Below, one piece after another: positions 26,363-35,105 of a stretch of DNA of 35,707 bases. Under the pieces are notes generated by a model, which saw only the letters and a program-made list of their open reading frames with translations, was not told the origin of the DNA and searched no databases. The stretch lies in the NCBI GenBank assembly GCA_964457185.1, contig CAYWEQ010000006.1, positions 1 to 35,707 on the forward strand, written 5' to 3'. Position 1 is the stretch's first letter, and every line of letters starts with the position of its first letter. This DNA comes from an uncultured Rikenellaceae bacterium. Its GTDB lineage: Bacteria; Bacteroidota; Bacteroidia; Bacteroidales; VadinHA17. The translations under genes and the position numbers were made by a program.

Positions 26363-26525
26363 CATTGCATTGTTAATTATGAAAAGAATCAAATCCATAG
26401 TATTTTTACTTCTCAACAGGAGGTCAGCTGGAGAAGCATGAGAATGGTATATTGCATAGGATCAGGGATAACCGTTCTCTTTCAAACAGAGAACGGTTTT
26501 TTTTGCAACTTTAAAAAAAACAAAG
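26363..26525 (+). promoter_or_regulatory. Candidate structured 5' leader of gltBD (attenuator-like), or alternatively a small RNA
   Basis: The region contains three elements. Hairpin: CTTCTC (26409-26414) with GAGAAG (26431-26436). Possible antiterminator pairing: GAGAATGGT (26440-26448) with ACCGTTCTC (26471-26479). A canonical terminator ends at 26504. See the findings. Confidence 0.4.
26470..26504 (+). terminator. Intrinsic-terminator hairpin 22 nt upstream of the gltB start codon
   Basis: ACCGTTCTCT (26471-26480) pairs with AGAGAACGGT (26488-26497) across the loop TTCAAAC. The T run extends to 26504 (eight T residues). The orientation fits the plus strand only. Confidence 0.75.
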
Positions 26526-29500
26526 ATGAATTCTGAAAGGCCTGCAGCCAGGGGATTATACAGGGAGGAATTTGAACATGAAAATTGCGGAATTGGATTT
26601 GTCGCTCATCTGAAAGGAAGGAAATCTCATTCAATCATCAGCCAGGGGCTTGATATTCTCAGGAATATGACTCACAGGGGTGCTGAAGGGGCTGACAGCA
26701 GGACAGGTGACGGAGCCGGAATCATGATCCAGGTTCCCCGTGATTTTTATCTTATCCAGGGCTATTCTCTGCCTCCTTCAGGACAGTTCGGTACAGGACT
26801 TGTATTCCTGCCGCAAGACAGTGAGGATGCGTCAAAATGCGAGGAGATTCTCCTTAATGTTGTTGAAGAAGAAGATATAAACTTCCTCGGCTTCCGTGAG
26901 GTTCCCTGCAACAATTCAGTGCTGGGTGAAATATCACTGGCAGCTGAGCCGCATATCAGACAGATATTGCTGGGTGCCGATATTCAGCAGGACGACCTGG
27001 AAAGAAAGTTATATATTATCAGAAAGCGGACCGAAAGGATCATCAGGGATTCAGTTATACAACAGAAGAGCTTCTTCTATATACCCAGCCTTTCAACAAA
27101 AGTTCTCGTTTATAAAGGTATGCTGACATCGCTGCAGCTCAGGGAATATTTCCTGGACCTTACTGATGAACATCTGCAAAGCGGCATTGCCCTGGTGCAT
27201 TCGCGTTTCAGTACAAATACCTTTCCCAGCTGGGATCTCGCCCAGCCCTTCAGGATGCTCGGACATAACGGAGAGATAAACACAATAAGAGGCAACAGGC
27301 TCTGGATGGAAGCCAGGGAATCACTGCTCAAATCAGATAAGCTTGGTGACCTTTCAAGGATCTACCCGATCATTGAACCGGGCAAAAGCGACTCGGCATC
27401 ACTCGATAACGTCCTCGAGTTCCTCGTTATGAGCGGCAAATCACTGCCTTATGCAATGTCAATTCTGATCCCTGAATCAATTAATGCGAAAAATCCTATT
27501 TCGCCTGAGCTGAGAGATTTTTATCATTACCACTCAACATTCATGGAACCATGGGACGGACCTGCCTCCCTTATCTTTTCCGACGGAAGATATATTGGAG
27601 GAATGCTCGACAGGAACGGGCTGCGGCCTTCCAGATATGTCATAACCGGGAGCGACCTGATAGTAATGGGATCAGAAACAGGTGTCCAGGAGTTTGTCCC
27701 GCAGGAAATAAGGGAAAAAGGAAGACTGAAACCCGGTAAAATGCTTCTTGTCGATACTGAAACCGGAAAGATCATATATGATAATGAACTTAAAGCCAGA
27801 CTTGCAGGTGAATATCCTTACGGAAAATGGATTAAGCAGAATCTGGTTAATCTTGATGAAATAGAAACCGGACAGGTTGTAACACCCGACATCGGACCCG
27901 AGTACAGGAATTACATCACATCTTTTAATTATTCAGGGGAGGATATAGAAAAGATAATCGGGGAAATGGCTGCAACAGGAAAAGAACCTATCGGCTCAAT
28001 GGGCAATGATGTACCGCTTGCTGTTCTTTCACGAAAACCATACCGCCTGTTCAATTACTTCAAACAACTTTTTGCACAGGTAACAAATCCGCCGATCGAT
28101 CCTATAAGGGAGGAGCTGGTAATGACTCTTTCGGGTTATCTTGGCTCACTTCAACAAAACCTGCTTGATGAGTCGCCGGATCATGTAAAAATGGTCCGAT
28201 TCAGGAATCCTGTCATATCCAACACCTATTTCCAGGTCGTTAAAAACCTGAGATACAAGGGATTCTCAGCCGCAAACCTCTCGATGCTGTTTGATGCCAG
28301 GGAAGGTGCAGAAGGATTACAGTCCGCAGTTGATCAGCTGTGCCTCGATGCGGAAAAAGCTGTTGATGACGGCAAAAACTATATAATAATCTCCGACCGG
28401 GGGATCACCGGAAATATGGCACCAATACCTTCATTACTGGCTGTCTCAGCCATACATCATTACCTGATCGAGAAACGCAAACGTATGCAGATCGACATAG
28501 TGGTAGAGAGTGCTGAGCCAAGGGAAGTTATGCACTTTGCCCTGCTTTTCGGCTACGGTGCAAGCATAATTAATCCATACATGAGCTTTGCAATTATCGA
28601 CAGGCTCGTAAAAGAAAAAGCTATCCAGCTCGACTACCAGAAAGCTGAGGCAAACTATATAAACTCTATAAATAAAGGGCTGCTGAAGATAATGTCAAAA
28701 ATGGGGATCAGCACCCTCAGAAGCTATCGCTCTTCACAGATATTTGAAGCTGTGGGCATTCATTCTGATGTAATTAATAAATATTTCGCAGGCACTGTTT
28801 CAAGGATCGGCGGAATAGGTATGAAAGAGATAGCTGAGGAGGTTCTCATTCCCCACAGGAAAGCCTTTGTTGAAGAAAACCAGCCGGAGATACTCACAGA
28901 AGGTGTCTATTCATTCAGAAAATACGGTGAACACCATGCATGGAATCCCGAGACGATATCACTTCTGCAATGGAGCACAAGAACAGGCGACCGCGATAAA
29001 TTCAGGGAATTCAGCAGAAGGGTAAATAATGATACTGCTTATCCCGGCTTTATAAGGGGATTATTGAAGATCAAAAAGAGCCCTGTTCCTGTCGAAGAAA
29101 CCGAACCCGCAGAGAATATCATGAAAAGGTTTGTCACAGGAGCAATGTCATACGGTGCAATAAGCCTTGATGCCCACGAAACCCTGGCAATCGCAATGAA
29201 CAGTATCGGGGGACGGAGTAATACCGGTGAAGGCGGAGAAGATCCTGAAAGATTCAAAATCCGTGACGACGGTTTATGTACCAGAAGTGCGATCAAGCAG
29301 GTGGCCAGCGGAAGGTTTGGGGTCACGGCCGAATACCTTGTAAATGCCAATGAAATACAGATCAAGATTGCTCAGGGAGCCAAGCCCGGAGAAGGAGGTC
29401 AGCTCCCCGGTCACAAAGTCGACAGGATCATTGCAAAAACCAGGTATTCAATACCCGGAATAACGCTGATTTCACCTCCCCCCCATCACGATATTTATTC

Positions 29501-31055
29501 CATTGAGGATCTTTCACAGCTGATCTTTGACCTTAAAAATGTCAATCCTGTGGCTAAAATCAGTGTCAAGCTGGTATCCGCAAGCGGGGTAGGCACCATT
29601 GCCGCCGGAGTCGCTAAAGCCGGTGCCGATCTTATTACTATCAGCGGATATGAGGGAGGAACCGGGGCAAGTCCCTCATCATCAATCAAACACGCGGGAC
29701 TGCCTCTTGAACTTGGCCTTGCTGAAACACAGCAAATCCTGGTCATGAATAACCTCAGACGAAAGGTGATGCTTCAGGCTGACGGTCAGCTGAAAACCGG
29801 ACTGGATATAATCATGACCGCATTGATGGGTGCTGAGGAATTCGGATTTTCGACAAGCGCCCTTGTTGTTCTCGGATGCGTAATGATGCGTAAATGTCAT
29901 CTTAACACATGTCCGGCAGGTATTGCCACCCAGAATCCGGAACTCAGGAAAAGATTCCAGGGTAAGGCCGACTACCTTGTCAACTACTTCAGATTCCTTG
30001 CGGAGGATGTTCGCGAATACCTTGCTGAACTCGGTTTCAGGCAGCTTAATGATATAATAGGGCGGGCCGATCTGCTGGAACGCAACATGGAAGTGGATCA
30101 CTGGAAGCTCAGGAACCTTGATCTGAGCGGTTTACTGACTCTCCCGGAAGAGTCAAAGGTGAATTCAATGTATTGTACTGAGAAACAAGAGAATAAAACA
30201 ACAAATATCCTGGATATAGACCTTATTGCAGAGGCACAAGAAGCAATAACAAACAAGCAACCCGTTGAAATTAAAAGAAACATTCGTAATACCGACCGAA
30301 CGACCGGTGCCATGCTTTCGGGAAAAATAGCGTCTCTGTACGGATCAGCAGGAGTTCCTGACGGCACAATAAAATGCAGGTTTTACGGATCAGCAGGACA
30401 GAGTTTCGGAGCATTTTTATCACCAGGAATGGAGTTTTACCTTGAGGGAGATTCCAACGATTACCTGGCTAAAGGCCTTTCAGGAGGAAGGATTATTGTA
30501 GTTCCCCCTGCCGGTTCGACATTTGAGTCCGATAAAAACATAATTATCGGGAATACAGTGCTTTATGGAGCTACCCGTGGTGAGATATATATTTCGGGTA
30601 TTGCCGGTGAAAGATTTGGCGTTAGGAACAGCGGAGCAATTGCCGTTGTTGAGGGAGTCGGAAACCACTGCTGTGAATACATGACAGGAGGGAGAGTGGT
30701 TGTCCTCGGAAAGACCGGCAGTAATTTCGCCGCAGGTATGAGCGGCGGCATCTCATATGTCCTTAACGAATCAGGGAATTTCGACTATTACTGCAATATG
30801 GGAATGGTGGAGCTTTCACTTGTGGAGGACCTTAATGATATTAACGAACTGACAGATCTCATTTCACGTCATTACCGGTACACATCAAGCAAAAAAGCAA
30901 AGATGATACTTGATGATCCTGACAAATTCATATCAATGTTCATCAAGGTCATTCCCTATGATTATAAAAAAGTCTTGCAGGAGCAGAAACTTGAAGAGCT
31001 GAGAAAGAAAATTGCCGGTGTGGAAATGGATGTGGAATTTGGTACAGGAAATTAA
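26526..31055 (+). CDS. gltB: Glutamate synthase large subunit
   Basis: 1509 aa. The Ntn-amidotransferase start is FEHENCGIGFVAH. The FMN/synthase domain has QGAKPGEGGQLPG. The 3Fe-4S motif is CHLNTCPAGIATQ. The C-terminal GXGXG beta-helix repeats include GSAGQSFGAF, GDSNDYLAKGLSGG and GVGNHCCEYMTGG. Confidence 0.97.
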   Translation: MNSERPAARGLYREEFEHENCGIGFVAHLKGRKSHSIISQGLDILRNMTHRGAEGADSRTGDGAGIMIQVPRDFYLIQGYSLPPSGQFGTGLVFLPQDSEDASKCEEILLNVVEEEDINFLGFREVPCNNSVLGEISLAAEPHIRQILLGADIQQDDLERKLYIIRKRTERIIRDSVIQQKSFFYIPSLSTKVLVYKGMLTSLQLREYFLDLTDEHLQSGIALVHSRFSTNTFPSWDLAQPFRMLGHNGEINTIRGNRLWMEARESLLKSDKLGDLSRIYPIIEPGKSDSASLDNVLEFLVMSGKSLPYAMSILIPESINAKNPISPELRDFYHYHSTFMEPWDGPASLIFSDGRYIGGMLDRNGLRPSRYVITGSDLIVMGSETGVQEFVPQEIREKGRLKPGKMLLVDTETGKIIYDNELKARLAGEYPYGKWIKQNLVNLDEIETGQVVTPDIGPEYRNYITSFNYSGEDIEKIIGEMAATGKEPIGSMGNDVPLAVLSRKPYRLFNYFKQLFAQVTNPPIDPIREELVMTLSGYLGSLQQNLLDESPDHVKMVRFRNPVISNTYFQVVKNLRYKGFSAANLSMLFDAREGAEGLQSAVDQLCLDAEKAVDDGKNYIIISDRGITGNMAPIPSLLAVSAIHHYLIEKRKRMQIDIVVESAEPREVMHFALLFGYGASIINPYMSFAIIDRLVKEKAIQLDYQKAEANYINSINKGLLKIMSKMGISTLRSYRSSQIFEAVGIHSDVINKYFAGTVSRIGGIGMKEIAEEVLIPHRKAFVEENQPEILTEGVYSFRKYGEHHAWNPETISLLQWSTRTGDRDKFREFSRRVNNDTAYPGFIRGLLKIKKSPVPVEETEPAENIMKRFVTGAMSYGAISLDAHETLAIAMNSIGGRSNTGEGGEDPERFKIRDDGLCTRSAIKQVASGRFGVTAEYLVNANEIQIKIAQGAKPGEGGQLPGHKVDRIIAKTRYSIPGITLISPPPHHDIYSIEDLSQLIFDLKNVNPVAKISVKLVSASGVGTIAAGVAKAGADLITISGYEGGTGASPSSSIKHAGLPLELGLAETQQILVMNNLRRKVMLQADGQLKTGLDIIMTALMGAEEFGFSTSALVVLGCVMMRKCHLNTCPAGIATQNPELRKRFQGKADYLVNYFRFLAEDVREYLAELGFRQLNDIIGRADLLERNMEVDHWKLRNLDLSGLLTLPEESKVNSMYCTEKQENKTTNILDIDLIAEAQEAITNKQPVEIKRNIRNTDRTTGAMLSGKIASLYGSAGVPDGTIKCRFYGSAGQSFGAFLSPGMEFYLEGDSNDYLAKGLSGGRIIVVPPAGSTFESDKNIIIGNTVLYGATRGEIYISGIAGERFGVRNSGAIAVVEGVGNHCCEYMTGGRVVVLGKTGSNFAAGMSGGISYVLNESGNFDYYCNMGMVELSLVEDLNDINELTDLISRHYRYTSSKKAKMILDDPDKFISMFIKVIPYDYKKVLQEQKLEELRKKIAGVEMDVEFGTGN

Positions 31056-31080
31056 CTGAAGGAACGAATAGTCAACTATC

Positions 31081-32520
31081 ATGGCGGATATAACAGGATT
31101 TATAAAAATAAAAAGGAAGGATGCAGGTAACAGACCCATCCATGAAAGGATCTGCGACTTCAGCGAGGTTGAGCAGGTACTGAACAGCGAGGACAGGATG
31201 CTCCAGGCATCAAGATGCATGGATTGTGGCATCCCTTTCTGTCACTGGATATGTCCCGTGGATAACCTTATTCCCGAATGGAACGACCTGCTATGGTCGG
31301 GCAACTGGAGAGGAGCTTACGAAAGACTGAGTGCAACAAATAATTTCCCCGAGTTTACGGGAAGGATATGCCCGGCAAGCTGTGAGCATGCATGTGTCCT
31401 TAACATTCACGATGAGCCTGTTACAATACGTGAAAATGAGGTTGCGATTACTGAAAGAGCTTTTGCAGAAGGATATATTAAACCTCTTCCACCCAAAAAA
31501 AGAACAGGTAAAACTGTTGCAGTAATTGGCAGCGGTCCGGCAGGAATGGCTGCTGCTGACCTGCTGAACAAGGCCGGTCACAATGTAACCCTCTTTGAAA
31601 AAGACGAAAAAGCAGGAGGATTATTGCGATACGGAATACCAGATTTCAAACTCAGCAAGGTTACCATCGACCGACGACTGGATCTCATGATAAAGGAAGG
31701 TCTGATGATACAGACAGGTGTCACTGTAGGAAAAGATGTATCCGGTAAAGAACTTACAGATAAATACGATGCGGTATGTATTGCAATCGGGGCAGGTCAT
31801 GCCCGACACCTCAAAATTGAAGGAAGTGAATTCGATGGTATACATTATGCAATGGATTTTCTTTCAGCTCAAAACAAAGTAAATGCAGGAATATTATCAT
31901 CTGCAGGCAATCCCATCAAAGCTGAAGGGAAAAAGGTTCTGGTAATAGGCGGCGGAGACACCGGCTCGGATTGTGTTGGAACTGCTATTCGTCAGAAAGC
32001 AGTCAGTGTAACGCAAATTGAAATTCTTCCAAAACCCTTACAGACAAGAATGGCTGATAATCCATGGCCCTATTTCAGCAAGACTCTCAAAACATCAACC
32101 TCACACGAGGAGGGTTGCGAAAGACTATGGAGCATGTCAACATTGAGATTTGTAGGCGATGGAAGAACAACCAGGGGCGCAGAGGTTGAAGAGGTATCAT
32201 GGGATTTTGTTGATGGCAAATATATTATGAAACCTGTACCCGGAACACGCAGGGTAATTGAGACAGACCTTGTACTGCTGGCACTGGGTTTCGAGCATCC
32301 TGTTCTGGAAGGATTACTGACTGAAATGGGAATAGAACTTGATAGCAGAAAAAATATACTGGTTGACAGTTCCCTGTCAACCAGCATCCCTAAAGTATTT
32401 GCTGCCGGGGATTCGGTAAGCGGCGCCAGCCTTGTCGTTAATGCTATTGCCTCTGGCAGAAAGGCTGCCAGGGAGATTGACAGGCACCTGAGATGCCAGG
32501 AAAAACTCCCTGCCGGCTAA
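31081..32520 (+). CDS. gltD: Glutamate synthase small subunit (NAD(P)H-dependent)
   Basis: 479 aa. The Fe-S Cys cluster is RCMDCGIPFCH ... CP. Dinucleotide folds are VAVIGSGPAGMAAA and VLVIGGGDTGSDC. It starts 25 nt after gltB. Confidence 0.95.
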   Translation: MADITGFIKIKRKDAGNRPIHERICDFSEVEQVLNSEDRMLQASRCMDCGIPFCHWICPVDNLIPEWNDLLWSGNWRGAYERLSATNNFPEFTGRICPASCEHACVLNIHDEPVTIRENEVAITERAFAEGYIKPLPPKKRTGKTVAVIGSGPAGMAAADLLNKAGHNVTLFEKDEKAGGLLRYGIPDFKLSKVTIDRRLDLMIKEGLMIQTGVTVGKDVSGKELTDKYDAVCIAIGAGHARHLKIEGSEFDGIHYAMDFLSAQNKVNAGILSSAGNPIKAEGKKVLVIGGGDTGSDCVGTAIRQKAVSVTQIEILPKPLQTRMADNPWPYFSKTLKTSTSHEEGCERLWSMSTLRFVGDGRTTRGAEVEEVSWDFVDGKYIMKPVPGTRRVIETDLVLLALGFEHPVLEGLLTEMGIELDSRKNILVDSSLSTSIPKVFAAGDSVSGASLVVNAIASGRKAAREIDRHLRCQEKLPAG

Positions 32521-34946
32521 ACAACTCTCAGGGATTCTGCCGGATTGGAAGCAGCAGCCTTAAATGTTTGATAACCAATAGACAACCACCCTATAATAAA
32601 AACAATAATTGTTGCCAGAATATATATAACCGGGCTTAAACTCACCTTGCTGGCAAATCCTTCCAGCCAGTATCTTGATCCGAGCCATGCAACCGGATAT
32701 GCTATAACAGAAGAAATCAGGATCAGGTAAACAACTTCCCTTGATAAAAGATTCAGGACCACCTGGATGGAGGCTCCATAGGTTTTCCGTATCCCAATCT
32801 CCCTGGTCCTTTTGTTTGTGATATAAGTAACAAGTCCAATCAGACCAAGGCAGGCAATAAAAATTGCCAGTATAGAGAAAATCAGGAATATTTTTCCTGT
32901 TTTCGCTTCTGCACTATAGAGATTATTCCATGTGTCAGTGAAAAATTCATACTGAAAAGGTTGTTTGGTCGTGAAGGTCTGCCAGGTTTGCTCTATTGCC
33001 CTGATTGTAGCCGGAACATCATTCCCGGTTAATCTTACGGTTGCAAATTTGTCACCACCTCCAGGTCCCATAACTGTGAAGCATACCGGAGTTATTGCTT
33101 TATGCGCTGATTCAATGTTAAAATCTTTCATCACCCCGATAATCTTCAGCCTCCCGAATTGATTCGGGCCCCTTGGCTGTAGTATGTATTTCCCCACAAC
33201 AGGATCCTTCAGACCTAATGATTTTACTGCGGATTCGTTAATAAGTATTGCCGTGGAATCACTGCCATACTCCTGTGAAAAAAAGCGGCCATCAACGAGT
33301 TGAACTCCCAGCGCTTCCGGAAAATCAAAGCTTACACCTGCCTGATTAAGGAGGTATGTATTTTTTTCGGGATCCTCATCCTTAAGAAAACCATTATTAC
33401 TGAAGGTTGTCCCTGGCAAAGCCCATGAAAAGCCTACCTTCTCGACTCCCGGGATCTGTAGCAGTTGAGTCCTGAACGGTTCAAGCTGCCTCCAGAAAGC
33501 ATCAGGCCTGCGAATGACAATAAGATTTTCCTTTTCAAAACCAATATCTTTTCCTGTCATATAATTCAGCTGGCTGTAGACAATAACTGAACCTATTATT
33601 ATTACTATGGAAGCAGTAAACTGGAAAACAACCAGTATCCCGCGAAGAGTTTTAGACATGGATCCCGGATTTAATGTGCCTTTTAAAACCTCAACCGGAT
33701 TAAAAGAGGCTAGAACAAATGCAGGATAAAATCCTGCAGATATACCGAGAATAAATATCAACGATACCAGTGATATTACTCCTTTAAAACTGTTCAGAAT
33801 ATCCAATGATAGTTCCTCTCCGATGAGATTATTGAAAGAGGGTGTCAAAGCATAAACCAGTAATACAGCCAGCAGGGCTGCAAAAGCAACTAATATGAGC
33901 GATTCACCAAAGAACTGGATCACAAGACCCGACTTATGAACTCCTGCAACTTTCTTTATCCCAACCTCTTTTGCCCTGCTTGCCGATTTTGCAGTTGCCA
34001 GATTTACATAATTAATAATTGCAACTACCAGGATCATAAAGGCAATAACGGCAAAAATATATACTGTTGAAAGTGAGCCCGGTGGTTCAAGATTGTATTG
34101 CGGGGCTCCCTTCAGATGAATATCTTTCAGCGGTTCAAGAACATATCCGAAATCATTACCGGCTTTCCTGAAATCATCAACTGTTATTCCGAGAAACTCC
34201 TGAAGCTGCGGTCCGACATATTTAATAATCATATCCTGAAATTTTTCTTCAAGCATGGTCTTGTCAGTACCTTCATTTACAACAATATAAGTATAGAAGT
34301 TATGGCTGATCCAGAATTGATCATTGGCTCTACCGGGATAAGTGCTCATTGAAGCCAGCATATCGAACTTTATATGGGAATTGTCAGGAATATCCTGAAT
34401 AACACCGGTTACAGTATATAATATTGTATCTTCTTCTACGCTCATTCTCTGACCCATCGGGTCCTGGTCGCCAAAATATTTCTTTGAGAATTCTTCTGAA
34501 AGTACCATGGAACGTGGTCGCACCAGGGCAGACCCGGGATCACCTTTCAGCAGTTTGAAATCAAAAACATCAAAGAATGTTGAATCAGCAAACAAAACTC
34601 CATCCTCATTGAATTTTTTATCCCCGAAACGAATCAGCCATGCTCCCATCCTCGTTACCCTTATAGCATGAATAACCTCAGGATAATCATTCAGCATAGC
34701 CTGGGCCATCGGTGCAGCAGTTATTGCCTGGTCTATTTCTCCCCCCGACATTCTTCCAACTACCTTAGGTCTGTAGATATTCTTATAATTATCATGAAAC
34801 CTGTCGTAGCTGAGCTCATTAATTACATATAAAGTGATAAAGAGAAAGCTCGTCAATCCTATTACGAGCCCTGTAACATTAAGAATTACAGATCCGATAT
34901 ACTTCCGCATATTGCGGATCGCATTAATAAAAAAGTTCTTCAACAT
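32517..34946 (-). CDS. FtsX-like ABC transporter permease (MacB-type, duplicated FtsX domains)
   Basis: 809 aa, the typical Bacteroidota architecture. The order is TM1, a large MacB-like periplasmic domain, an FtsX 3-TM bundle, a second periplasmic domain and a second FtsX bundle ending in the window. No adjacent ATPase gene is present. Confidence 0.85.
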   Translation of the reverse strand: MLKNFFINAIRNMRKYIGSVILNVTGLVIGLTSFLFITLYVINELSYDRFHDNYKNIYRPKVVGRMSGGEIDQAITAAPMAQAMLNDYPEVIHAIRVTRMGAWLIRFGDKKFNEDGVLFADSTFFDVFDFKLLKGDPGSALVRPRSMVLSEEFSKKYFGDQDPMGQRMSVEEDTILYTVTGVIQDIPDNSHIKFDMLASMSTYPGRANDQFWISHNFYTYIVVNEGTDKTMLEEKFQDMIIKYVGPQLQEFLGITVDDFRKAGNDFGYVLEPLKDIHLKGAPQYNLEPPGSLSTVYIFAVIAFMILVVAIINYVNLATAKSASRAKEVGIKKVAGVHKSGLVIQFFGESLILVAFAALLAVLLVYALTPSFNNLIGEELSLDILNSFKGVISLVSLIFILGISAGFYPAFVLASFNPVEVLKGTLNPGSMSKTLRGILVVFQFTASIVIIIGSVIVYSQLNYMTGKDIGFEKENLIVIRRPDAFWRQLEPFRTQLLQIPGVEKVGFSWALPGTTFSNNGFLKDEDPEKNTYLLNQAGVSFDFPEALGVQLVDGRFFSQEYGSDSTAILINESAVKSLGLKDPVVGKYILQPRGPNQFGRLKIIGVMKDFNIESAHKAITPVCFTVMGPGGGDKFATVRLTGNDVPATIRAIEQTWQTFTTKQPFQYEFFTDTWNNLYSAEAKTGKIFLIFSILAIFIACLGLIGLVTYITNKRTREIGIRKTYGASIQVVLNLLSREVVYLILISSVIAYPVAWLGSRYWLEGFASKVSLSPVIYILATIIVFIIGWLSIGYQTFKAAASNPAESLRVV

Positions 34947-35023
34947 TGCCGGAATTGTTAGTAGTTTAAAGATTATCTCATGACAAAGACGAAAAAAAAT
35001 TAAGAATGTTACATCATGAATTT

Positions 35024-35058
35024 AAATAATAAAGGTCCGGCTTTCCGGAGCCGGACCT
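35024..35058 (-). terminator. Probable intrinsic terminator after the vWA/DUF3520 gene
   Basis: The 9-bp GC-rich stem pairs AGGTCCGGC (35033-35041) with GCCGGACCT (35050-35058) across an 8-nt loop. On the minus strand it is followed by UUAUUAUUUAAA, which is U-rich but interrupted. Confidence 0.5.
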
Positions 35059-35105
35059 CATATTACACATCATCAGCAACAAATATCCATTCACCAATAA
35101 AATGA

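Noticed and set aside
26351-26536. A 61-aa ORF in the zwf-gltB intergenic region.
   Set aside because: It starts at a TTG, runs through the promoter box, the hairpins and the terminator, and overlaps the gltB start. It is unlikely to be a normal protein gene. Only its 3' part (from ATG 26438) is kept as a possible regulatory uORF in the gltB-leader finding.
29682-30101. A 139-aa ORF antisense to gltB. It stands for the many other antisense or out-of-frame ORFs in the track, such as 609-833, 1384-1629, 1975-2250, 2329-2760, 5437-5745, 6699-7082, 13036-13405, 18482-19170 and 27110-27775.
   Set aside because: All of them lie entirely inside long ORFs that have strong, recognisable family motifs. 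Their own translations are low-complexity and lack motifs. I treat them as shadow ORFs.
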